From Saccostrea echinata (lineage: Eukaryota), in NCBI RefSeq assembly GCF_033153115.1, contig NW_026889751.1, forward strand, positions 21,824,001 through 21,888,000: a stretch of DNA of 64,000 nucleotides, in the 5' to 3' direction. The number at the start of each line of letters is the position of its first letter. Position 1 is the first letter of the stretch. The position numbers and the translations under genes were made by a program. This document shows positions 38,694 to 57,650 of the stretch, piece by piece. The notes under the pieces were generated by a model. The model worked only from the letters and a program-made list of their open reading frames with translations. It searched no databases and had not been told where the DNA came from.

Positions 38694-41558
38694 AAATAAC
38701 ATGAATGGTGTAAACTTCCTGGAGCTGATTATCTATCAGTAACTTTTTATTTGATAACAATGAATACCTCGTAGGTTCGGTGTTTCCTTTCCCCTTCTTG
38801 CGCTTCCAGTAAATAGTTACAAACATTTTGAAATTCTCTGTCTTCTTTCCCTTTCGTGTTAATCTGTAAACCAAACTCCCCTTTCTGTGGGATTGCCAGT
38901 CCAATGCATAGTTGGTTCCCTACCACCCTCGTGGAGACAAAATCCTTCAACTGGTGACTTTTCATATTGTGGTGAACCAGTTTAGTTTGTACTTGCACAT
39001 ATTTTGTCATTGTAAATTTTATTTCCGTTTCCCGTTTGCTATGAAAGCTTATAAAACTATCATGGTGTGTTTCAGCCTTCAGTCCTGCGAGTTCAGTTTT
39101 AAAATTTGGACCAAATCCAACATCCGGATTACATGGGAAAGGTTTAATGTCCACCCTCGCATTTTTGCATATGAGTTTGAATGAACACAACCATGACATA
39201 GCATCCCCTTTTAAAATCCCGTGAACGTCAATTTTATAAACTCCAGGACTAGGAAATCGAATATTGAAAGCCACTTTACCATTCTGGTTCAGTACAGCTA
39301 CGTATTTGTCTAACTGAATTTCCGAGGAAATCGGGGAGCCCGACTCTTCGTCATTGTAGAATAATTCATACGTCATCATTATGTCTTCGATGATGGAACT
39401 CTTTAAGCATATGTTGCACAGCCCGTCCTCAGAAATCAGAACACACTTGGGTTTACTTACAATCTTTACCTTAAAGTCAAAGAAAGATGGTCGGCAGTAT
39501 GGCATCTCTACAAATTCATCTTTTGAGATAGGTTTTCTCAGTAGCTGCCACTCGGGGTTGTCCGGAAAACATCGGAATACGAACTCCTCTGCATCGGGCA
39601 GGAAGTAGTAGTCATTAAGTGTACTGACACTTTCTCCTGTGGACGCTGGCATCTTCTCCCGAACTCCTTTACCTTTAGAATACAATAGCTAATTTAGTAG
39701 TACATACATGTCAAACAACTGTAGGTTGACAACGATAAAGACTTCAAAACAAGAGTATTAGCTTACGCATACCATTCACCTCTACATCTCCACAATGTTC
39801 AGAATATTTACGATTAAATATCTTACATTTGGTTCATAGGCATTACAAACAAGATTTTAAAATAGCGCCTTTCTTTAAGAGAGAGAAACCTTTTGCTTCC
39901 ACAAGAGTCCATTTTCCTGTGCTATGTCCAACCACTACCCTACACGCCCATAAGGGAAAGACAAAACGCCATCCGCCATTTACGTAAACTGCATTCCACA
40001 TGTTCCGGAGATTTTCCAGTTCTGTTTGGCCAACTTCATATCCAGCACTCTTAGCAAACCCATGGATAATGGCACAAGGAATTTTCGCTGCTCTATGATT
40101 AAAATAATACAGTGCTCCGTATAAATAATCAAATGCATTTACACTTGAAATCAATTTATCAAAATAAGCTTCACATTTACCGACAAAGTAGGGTGAAAAT
40201 CGTGGTATATGATGATTTTCCTTCTTTCATGCGTTTCAGGATCTGCATTGGGGAATTGATTATCATATTTTCAGGGAATTTTATTTCTTGAACATTCTGT
40301 CCGATGACCCAGGAGAATATCGCGCGAACTTGTTGGACGTCACGTGACATTCCTTTCGTTAGCAATTCTGCGAGATCTTCAAACGTAGTTGCATCTTCTG
40401 GTTTAATCTGAAAGTTTTCCCTGATATGTAGTCGAAATTAAAATTAAAATTGAATATATCAATGGCAGTATCTAAGAAAAAAAGGTGATTACCACAATCT
40501 TTCTTTCATGGTACATTTTTAAAATAAATCACCTTTTTAGCTCTTTTATCTCCCTCGGCAATATCAGCTGCTCTTAAGATGTCTGACTTCCGGTTTGAAG
40601 CCGGTTTCGGAGGAGGATAACCATCTTGTACAACAGGTATGTCAATCTGAAACAATCCACAAGAATATAATTTAAGGTATTTTAAAAAGATAATCAGTAA
40701 ATATTATGGAACATCTTTGCAAACATTTTTAGATTTATTTTTTACAAAAGGACTTTGTTGTTGTGGTTATATCAGTTACTGACGATGTTTATGAATATTT
40801 ATACATGTTAATACTAGTATTATGATATTAGGCCTACGTTAAGAAAGTAAAGAAACCTATCAATAAGTGTATGAACATGTCTCATACTGATGTCAAAATA
40901 CAGGTACCAGTATATTGGCATTATTTCCGTAGAAAAAATTAATTAAAATGTAAGCTTGATATATCCATGTATAAATAAACATGCATACAGGTACCTTGAT
41001 TATAATTTTAATGGATATATTCGCCAATTACGAATTGTGTTCTCGCTTACCTTTTATTATAATCATCTTAATAAATACCAATATGACGGGATACATTAAA
41101 GAACAAAGTCTTATCAAATTAGATCTTCTATCATTGAAAAAATTACTTGAACATTTGGAGAAACGTGATATGCATCATACAAGGTAGAAAAATATTTCAT
41201 GTATCCCTCCATTGCTCACTCTAAATACTTTTACTTTAGGTACTGAAATATGTAGATAAATGGCATCTATTCAACAATCGATCTTTCTCTTGGAAAAAGA
41301 TCCACCTACTTTGATCCATCCCTATATTTCCTTACCGGAACTTACCACATCATCAGTGTTTTCTTGGAGGATGTCAATGTAGTCAGGGATATCGAGCTTT
41401 TCCTCTGCCTCCTCCTCTTGTGGGGGTCCCAGAGATTGTGGACCTTGTTCAGCCGTTTTCCGTGAGGACGACCCACCCACGCCTTCAGTGGGCCCCCGAG
41501 GCTTTGCTTCCTCCGGACTCGTGTTCTGTTTTGCAGGTTTACTAGCGCCGCCTCCCAT
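36903..41558 (-). CDS. Paralog E: divergent hillarin/KY-like protein with dynein-MTBD-like domain and acidic tail
   Basis: Exons ~41346-41558 (MGGGASK...), 40533-40646 (GYPPPKP), 40181-40407, 39890-40092, 38768-39676, 38420-38585, 37627-37907, 37277-37462, 36903-37143. Confidence 0.85.
37931..38011. repeat. (AT)n microsatellite
   Basis: Perfect AT run in an intron. Confidence 0.95.
38651..38692. repeat. (AG)n microsatellite
   Basis: Perfect AG run in an intron. Confidence 0.95.
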
Positions 41559-42214
41559 AATAGTCCCGAAATTTTAACACTAAAAAGAGTAATTTTCAAC
41601 CAAAAAATTGTACTCAACCATATGCAAAATGAAATATTAGATATGAAATATTTACTCTGAAACCGACATCTCAGAACCAAGAATTAAGTAGAAGAAATAC
41701 CATGCTTACCCCTCTACAAACTGGATCATGTACATGTACCACTAATTCCAATGTATATATTTCTCTTTAAAAACAATAATCTTTTATCAATTATGTATGT
41801 CTTTTGTTGTTTTTAAATGATCATGATTGAGGGATTTAATTGACTTGGTACAGGGTTTTATCATTTTGTTGTTCTTTTTTATTGACTTTTGAGACATTAA
41901 GTAAATCTTGGGTTTTATTCTGTAAAGCCGACTGTTAATATTGACTGTTCTATGTCTTTGTAGCATAAGGAATGGGGTTTATTAGCTTTTCAATTAAATC
42001 GATTGGGCAATTAACAATTTTCTTAAGTTTTGGTTGGTTTGAACTATTTTTTTCATCGATTGTGTTGACTTGGCTGATCCCTATCTCGATCTAGAAGAAA
42101 GATCTTTGCGACAGATCGAGCACGGCTTTGAAGTTATTTTAGGACAGGCAATACTGCTATAATGCTTATGAAACACATCATATTAAATACCCTCGCTACA
42201 ATAAAAAAAAAAAA

Positions 42215-42700
42215 TAGGACTTTTGGTTGTAAATGATGCAAATATCAAATTCCTAAAATATTGAGAGATGTAGGCTTTCCATGATGTTCAAATTTCGACG
42301 TAGCCGAAATAAATCTATACTTTTTATCACTTTATAGAACATTATTGAGAAATTTGGAAAAAGAAATACCCATATCTGTGGCTAAGCAAACATATATACA
42401 TTTTACTTTATATTTAAACATATTAAATTCAGTATTTTGTCTAACAGCTTTGCTTTAAATATTTATCAAGGACAAATGCAGCAAGCAAATAATAAATAAA
42501 TAAATAAATAGATGCTTAGATTGATGTATATTTTTGGACCTATTTTGATTGTAAATGATGCAAATATCAAATTTCTTAAATTTTAAACTTTCTCTGGTGA
42601 TCAAAATTCTACCTTTTTACTGTCACTCTTACAAATGTATACAACTTTTCATTACTTTATAGATCATTATTGTATAAACTTTGAATGAAACATTAAAATC
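42215..42700. repeat. Local degenerate direct duplication (~320-bp period)
   Basis: TTGTAAATGATGCAAATATCAAATT occurs at ~42227 and ~42549, and the downstream sequence (...ACTTTATAGA.CATTATTG) is also alignable. Confidence 0.65.
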
Positions 42701-44184
42701 TATGCGGCATAACTTATCATTTTAGTCATATAAACATGGCTTTAGTTGTTACTAGTATTTTCATGATTTTTTTAAAAGTTTGTTTGTATCATCTGTCTTT
42801 AACATATACTTGAACTTACCCAATCTCAGGTTGAACAATGTTATTGATAAATATTAAATGACGCCTAGTTTGTTCGTGAACCTGTTGACAAAAAATTACT
42901 ATTTTACATAAATTGATTTTGTTATCTCTTATTTTTCCAGAAAAATTAATATGCGGTAATAATATTCCTTCCAAAGTTATACCACATTTCCGAATATATT
43001 GAATTTCTATAATGCACAGTAAAGTATATGTTCATTTCCTGCAATTTACTACAAGGGGCAGTATCATATAAAATGGAAGATTCCCAAATTTAGCATTTGT
43101 GTGTTGGATGGGGGATGGGGGTAAAATGTAGACGTTGATGTCCCCCCAAAAATTGACTGATATCTGCATCAATAGTATTAAACTTTAAAACTCGGTTAAT
43201 TCATGTGTTTTCACCTATACATATATATCATGACATGTCCATTTTAAGTAAATAGATGCAAGTCTTCCTAAGAAAAGAGTGATTTAAAACTACTTTGGAG
43301 TAACAATATAAACAATCCCTCTTAATGTGCTACGTAAGAGTAAAATTAATTAATCTTAGTAAAATTATTGAAAATTCTTTTTATATGAAATAAAAATTCG
43401 ACATTAAACTATATTAATTCTGTAATTTTTCTCGAATTATTCGACGTTGTTTATTACATTGTTAATCAGATGTTAAGCGCAGCAATAAGTTTAATAATAG
43501 AACGGACCAGGAACATGATAAACTGTGCCCAAACAACTTACCTTGGTTACTTAAGAGGGAATCAAGTGACGTCACATATAGAGGGTTGACATCAGACCGG
43601 AAGTGCTTCACGACGGAAGTGTTGCACAACTCAGCTCGAGTTTGGAAAAAAAGATCGGAAACTGAGATATGTGTTGTCATAAAAATCGATTTCAGGTATA
43701 GATTTCTAATTTTCTATCAACCTGTACAGCTTCTGATGATCTGGTTTTTTAAATAATTTAATCGACAGGTGGATAATGATTTTTTTTCTAGGTCCTGAAA
43801 TTGGGTATACTTGTTTCCATTCGATTTCCTTTCATCAATTCATTTAAAATACAAAAGTATGTTACAATGCGTACATAAACATTCATAGGTTTAATAACTT
43901 ATACGGAAACACATTAACAAGTTCAGATGATTTTCAATGATTTATTTCGCTTTTTTTTATTATAACTCTTCAATGTTTGGAAATGTCTTTCATTAAATTT
44001 CATCATAAAAATTAAATTACAATAAGGAAAGATGAATTTGTAATGGATGTACAGCTTTTAAATAAGTATGAACAAAAATAAACATTTAAGACCCAAGGAA
44101 TCGAAGAACGAAAATTGAAACATGACACGCTGTAATGTTATACTGAATAATGTCAGAATAGTTCGATATTGCATGATCTGTTCG

Positions 44185-47100
44185 TCATTTATTGGATTTT
44201 TTGGTTTTGGACACTACTGTTTCAGGGGGTGGATCAGGCTCTTTCATCACCTTCTGAATCTAAGAAGAGAGGAAATCAAAGTACTAGAAGTATTGTTACA
44301 CAGTGGACATTATCTTTTAATTTACATTTGATATTAAATGCAATTTTTGTCATAAGATTACATTGAAAAAAAAAAACACCATTTCTACTGTTAGTGATTT
44401 TTCTTTCAATTGCAAGTGTATCCTTTATATATTCACTCAAATAATTATAATAATTGACAATCCAATTGAACAGAAATCGTAACATGTATTTCCAAAAATA
44501 ATTATAATTTTGATCAACCCTAACAAAAATATGAAGTAAACTACAGTTTACAGTTATAGTTTATAGTTAACTACAGTACCAAAGGTTTTGCTAAAAATAT
44601 TTCATTCTTTTAAAAAAAAATATCTAAATTATCTCTTAGTAAACATTCTACTTTTTTAAAGGTTCTTGATGAGGTGTGCAAAAAATATCACAGAATTATT
44701 TTACTAAAACAAAATGCTTTTATCTGAACACTCACCCACACAAAGAAAGACGCTGCGCCTGCGCTGGTCTTTCTCACGTCATCTTCAGTAAACCTCATAA
44801 ACATATTTTGCGCTTTGGTTTTCACCTCTTCTGGTACATCATCAATATTAAACCTTTGAAACCTGTGTAGAAGACTATTTTTTCCGGTCTTTCTCATCAG
44901 ATTTTGAATGTACTCCCAAAACTGAAAAAGGTAAATCACAGTGTTGTCATAATAATTCAGGATGAGGAAAGAGAAATATAACTAAAACAACTAACTATAT
45001 TTTTCAAATGTTTACATTTTCCCCAATCATTTTTCAGATGAAATAAATAACCTTGAGATCTTCCTCTTTTTCACCTAGCAACAAGAAGGTGGCAATCATG
45101 ACGTCATGGACCATCGGAAGTGGGCTTTGGTAGTTCATCAACTCCGCTATGATTGGTTTGTTGAGGTCTGGAATCGGGTGCTGGAACCCCTTTAGACGGC
45201 GTAACTCGGCCAAAAGATCTTCTGCTTGTTTAATCAGTGTGGTCAGGCGGTGCACATATCCCGACCCCCGGGCCATCGAGATCGCCCTGACTAAGCAAGG
45301 ATCGTTTCTTCTGTTGATTGCATTTATCAAAGCTGTTGTAAGAGAGTTAAAATAAATTAAATAAATAATATTAAATAAAATAAAAATGAAAATACGTTTT
45401 TTTTTTGTTTTTTTTTTTTTTTTTTGTAGTATTAAATTAATTATGACCATCTTTTAATTTAACATATCATATATTCGTACAGATTTTTATGACCCTTTCC
45501 TTTTTTTTCGAGCACATATTGATTCAAATCAAATTTTGACCATTAATTAAACGACAATTTAATGAACAACATCTTAGCAGCGTATTAGCCTAAGAGCAAT
45601 ATCTTTATCGACTGAGCTACTAAAACTAAGACGACATTATACATGTAAAACAAATCTAAGTTTTAACGTGAATTATCGCGAACAGGATGTCATTGGCGAA
45701 TTGTGCATAGTTGCATATGATAAAGGGTTAAACATTCATGTATTGACCTTACTTTGTTTGACCTCCAAAAACTCTAGCCTAGTGCTGGCTTTCGTGTAAT
45801 CCCCGCGGTCCTCTAATCCTGCATTGACAAACTTATCAATGGTCACCTTTAGTAGATCAATGTCCTTCACTGCAGTGGCCTCCTTGACCCCCCTTCTCAA
45901 CAGCTTCTCTCGAGCATTCTGTAACATACAGAACGCATTGAAATGTTTAAATAAAGGTATAGAAATTTCATAGATAATGTAATTTTTTACCAAGCATAAA
46001 CTTAAGTGTAAAGCGCTTGTTGCTTACATTCTTTGCAATGAATTTAGGTATATTAATTTAATTCAAGTTGGTCAACACAAGATATAAATGTCTTGTCACT
46101 GCATACAAGGAATACTTTCGCCCCCGTTTTTATCTTTGTCCGTTTCGCCATCGTCGTCAGTGGGCAAATTCAAAATGAACTCAGCTCAACAACGGAGTAT
46201 GGGTGGATTAAAAACAGGACACATTCGTTTGTAAGTGTGATTAGGGCGAAAAAAAACACGGGGGCGAAAATAAGCCTGTTTACATTACTTATGTTTGTAC
46301 CTCCCAGCCCTTCCTCCTTTTGGTTGAGGGTCTTGGGTCCTCCGTACAGATCATGTAATTGCAGATGTTGTTCATCTCTCCTCTCACATCTTTAGGCTTA
46401 CCGTAAATTTTGATTAAGTAGTCTCCGTGTTGAGGAATTTTACCCATAATATCTATCCTCCCAACGTTCTTCTTGCAATAAAATCTTTCCTTTAATTCAT
46501 TCTCACTTAGAAGGATGTGTAAGAACTTGACTTTAATGCTAAGGTAAGTTTCTGTCATAATTGTAATGTGAACTTCTTGATGAGGTTTCATGACGAGAAG
46601 TCCTGATTTCTGTGAGGGGTCAATAAGCCCACCCTTTTGAGCCTCGTATGAATAACCAAGACCGATCCATGGCGCGTCGGGGAAAGGTACACAATTTTCT
46701 CGCGGATTTTCACAAATAAGGCGAAAATCGGCAATCCATGGAACATTTTCTCGGTCGACATGTCCACCAAAAATTGATAGTTTATACACACCTGGAACTG
46801 GGAATCTAACAATGAAAGTCCAAATATTATCATCATAGTTCATAATGACATATTTGTTCAGTGGTGTTTTATTGTCAAGGTCAACCTCAGACTCGTCACG
46901 TTTGAAAAGTAGGTCATAGTTCATTTGTGTTGGGTAGTCATCGGGAACTCGGAACGCGATTTCAACAACCCCATCAATATCGTGTAAGATACAGCTTTGT
47001 TCGGTGATAAGCTTCAAACCAAGTCCGAAATATGCCTCTTGTAGAAATGGAACGCGGACAAAGCGTTTAAGGTCATACGGAACCGTCAAGAGCTGCCATT

Positions 47101-48702
47101 TTGGGTCGTCTGGGAAGCAGAAATACAGGAAGTCATGCGGATCAGTGAGGAAGAAAAACTCGTTGATTTTCTGTATTGTCCATCCTTCTGTGTTTTCCTC
47201 TTCGTCGTCGTAGGCAGTCCATTTGTCCAGTCCTGATTTGCCAATTACTGTTTGACACGCCCACAATGGATGGATCAACCTCCAGCTGTCCTTGACCCAA
47301 ACCACGTTCCATTTGGACCTGAGGTCCTTCAGTGTTTCTGAGGTTCCTACTTCGTATCCAGCACTTTTGCACACTCCTTTTATTATCGCGCACTTTATTC
47401 CCGATTTTCTACAAAATATTACCCTCTTAAAAGTAGATAAAAAAGTAAATTTATAAGCACGTGTTCTGAATAGTTTTTAACTTTTGATTTTTTGCACAAT
47501 TTAAGCTCATGATTTTTACCTGCAGAGTACGGCAAACAGTGAGGCATATGAGGCTTTTCCCTCCTTGATGAGTTTCATGAATCCTCTGGGTGTTTTTGCG
47601 AGATCTTCTGGAGGGTATCCTTCCAAATTTTTGTATTTGGTTGTTGTGATTGGCTGGACGCACAGCCACATGAACAGCGCGCGCACCTTCTGCATGTCAG
47701 TCCTGAATGGAACCACGAGGTAGTCAAGGAGCTGCTGGAAAGACAGGTCGATCTTACCAGGAATCTGGAAAAGAATTCTAGTCATTAAAACTTGGTTATA
47801 AACGTACATATATTCTGCTACAGCAAGACTAATAACGATGACTAAATGCCGATGAAAATGGTACTTGTGATTAGATTAACTTTGATTGGTCAATGAATTG
47901 TTCGCAAAAGATTGTAAGCAAAATGGTGATATTGCAATCAAGCAGAGTTGCTGATTGAGAGGGGGGAGCGGGGGCCACGGAGTCCCTCTCCTCCTTACTT
48001 TGAGAAAATTTTCATATTATTTAACATATTAATTATTTCATATTAGCTAAAAATATTGTGAGTATCTGTCGTTATTTAACAAATACAAAATTTTGTGCCA
48101 CGATCTGGAGGTCCTGGAGTATATGTACAAAATTCAGCAGTAAAAATGAAAACCTTTTCATCAGTGACTGTGAAGCTGAATATACTTTTCTAGCTCCCTA
48201 GCGACATGCCCCCTCCCTCCCTCCCAGGGATATGAAAAATTTATCTACATGTAAATAGGCATGATGGACTTTTTGTCATACTTTTCTGACATGCTGATGG
48301 ACATCTTTGTACTTCCAGTGTTCGTAAATGTCGTCCTTCTTCAGAGAATTTTGTTTGGGTGGGGGATAATCTTCGTCCGGGGGAAACTCGGGAACGTCTA
48401 CCTGTGACCAGAAAGGTAAAGGAAATGAAGGGAAAAAAATGTATAAACATTTACTGTTATGTTAAAATCATGATTATATTATTTGTTTCAAATGCACATG
48501 TCCCCTGAAGGTTCTTGATAGGTGAATGAAATTTTCTTCGTATAAATGGAGTGTTGATTTTTTTCCCCTGGTATTTTCGTCCACATGCACTGGAATAAAA
48601 ATATGACGTTATACTTACGTCTTCTTCGTCCGGTTCCCGTTGTACGCCTTGCTTTTTGACATTTGACTGCGAAGATCCTTGAGCAGATGAATTACTACCC
48701 AT
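44185..48702 (-). CDS. Paralog F: most divergent hillarin/KY-like protein with dynein-MTBD-like domain
   Basis: Exons ~48619-48702 (MGSNSS...), 48282-48401 (DYPPPKQ), 47520-47764, 46301-47407 (INEFFFLTDPHDFLYFCFPDDPKWQLL), 45753-45918, 45053-45336, 44736-44921, 44185-44259. Confidence 0.85.
46097..46286. mobile_element. Degenerate MITE in an intron of paralog F
   Basis: Inverted TTCGCCCCCG / CGGGGGCGAA ends with decayed CTG(T)A...TACA(G) termini, similar in style to 31171-31378. Confidence 0.55.
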
Positions 48703-48971
48703 TTCCAGAATTATCAAACCATTTTTTACAAGTTATAAATGTCCTTTCTCATAAGTTTAATTTCTCGGTGGTTTGCTATTACACGTAGTCGTGGAAAGTG
48801 TTTAAACAAATCGTGATTTGACCAATGATGCAGTTGGTTGCATGTTTTGAATTGTTCTTGGTTAGTGGCGTTATATATGAACATTTAATTCAAGGCCAGC
48901 AACTCTGACATGAATATAATATAAAGGTAACACAGTTTTACCCGTGCATTTTATTCGTCAAAATTATTATT

Positions 48972-56420
<7,449 letters not shown>

Positions 56421-57244
56421 TGATCTTCAGTGTTTAGACCTTTTTGTGCAAGTGCTTATGTAATCGCAGCATAGTTTTGTGAACTTTGTTGGAAATTTTA
56501 AACCCAGAACTCCGTCGCATTTGTATAAGCAGGTCAAGTTCACCCAGACTTGTAATGTAAACATACGAGTAGATAACTCTTGGGCTATAATCCAAACAAT
56601 CAACAGTTACAGGAAATGTAACACATGCAGATGGGTTTTTTTTTTTTTTTTGGTTTTTTTTTTTTTTTTGGTTTTTTTTAATGAATGAACAAGATAACAA
56701 TTTCAAGCACTTACTCGTAAAAAGGCTCTTTTATCACATCTCATGCAACAAGTAAATACTCAAACACTTTCTTAGGAGGTTTTCCATTTCAAATACATGT
56801 ATCAAATTATGCAGAGACGTGTCAGTGCAGTATTTGGCAGTAAAGCCTATAAATAGTTTATACTGATATAGCTATCGACTTGTTCCATTTCAGAGCAAAC
56901 TCGGAACATGGAGCATTTATTTATATGCAAGAGATTCTTTAGCATTTTTTTTAAAATATTGCCAGCGGATCGTTTTACATATAATAATATTTGACGTTTT
57001 CGTCTTTTGTTTGTCTGTCTGTCTATCCCTCCGTTAACTCATTTATTAAAAACTATTTTTGAAGATGTTTCCACCAAACTTCATACAAAGCTCCGTACTT
57101 GTGAGATAATTCAATTGTGACTCCAGCTTTACACTTCCGGTCCTCCACACAACTTCCAGTACATATGCACCAATTTCAACATCCTTTTCTTTAAGGGGGG
57201 ATGGACACAGATTGAAGTTAAAATTTTTCTCATTAGAATATTAT

Positions 57245-57650
57245 TAAGAAATAATGTATCATTTTTAAACATCTATCGGGATATAAATACGGATTGGTCA
57301 CGAGATCAAATTCCATAAAGCCCGTAGGGCTTTATGGTAAATTTGATCTCGTACCAACTCGTATTTATATCCAATAGATGTTTAAAAATAATACATTATT
57401 ACTTATATTTACATTTATGACTTATTCATATTTTATATTTTCCTGATAATAATCTTTAAAACGTGAAACGTTTTATTTTTCAAACTCAACGGCACGTATT
57501 TGATCCATTGTTTGTGCGTTGACCCTTTATGACGTCACTGAGAAATTACGTCGAACGTTTATGACGCGAGGAACCTGCGTTTATACGGATATAGATACGC
57601 GTTGCTTTCAATGGTGTTATGTAAGGGAAAAGATTTGCAAATGTAAATAT
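57245..57650. mobile_element. Long palindrome with flanking inverted repeat (Crypton-like non-autonomous element)
   Basis: ~80-bp arms around GCCC-GTA-GGGC (57245-57405), then an inverted pair ATATTTACATTT (57405) / AAATGTAAATAT (~57639-57650). Confidence 0.55.
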
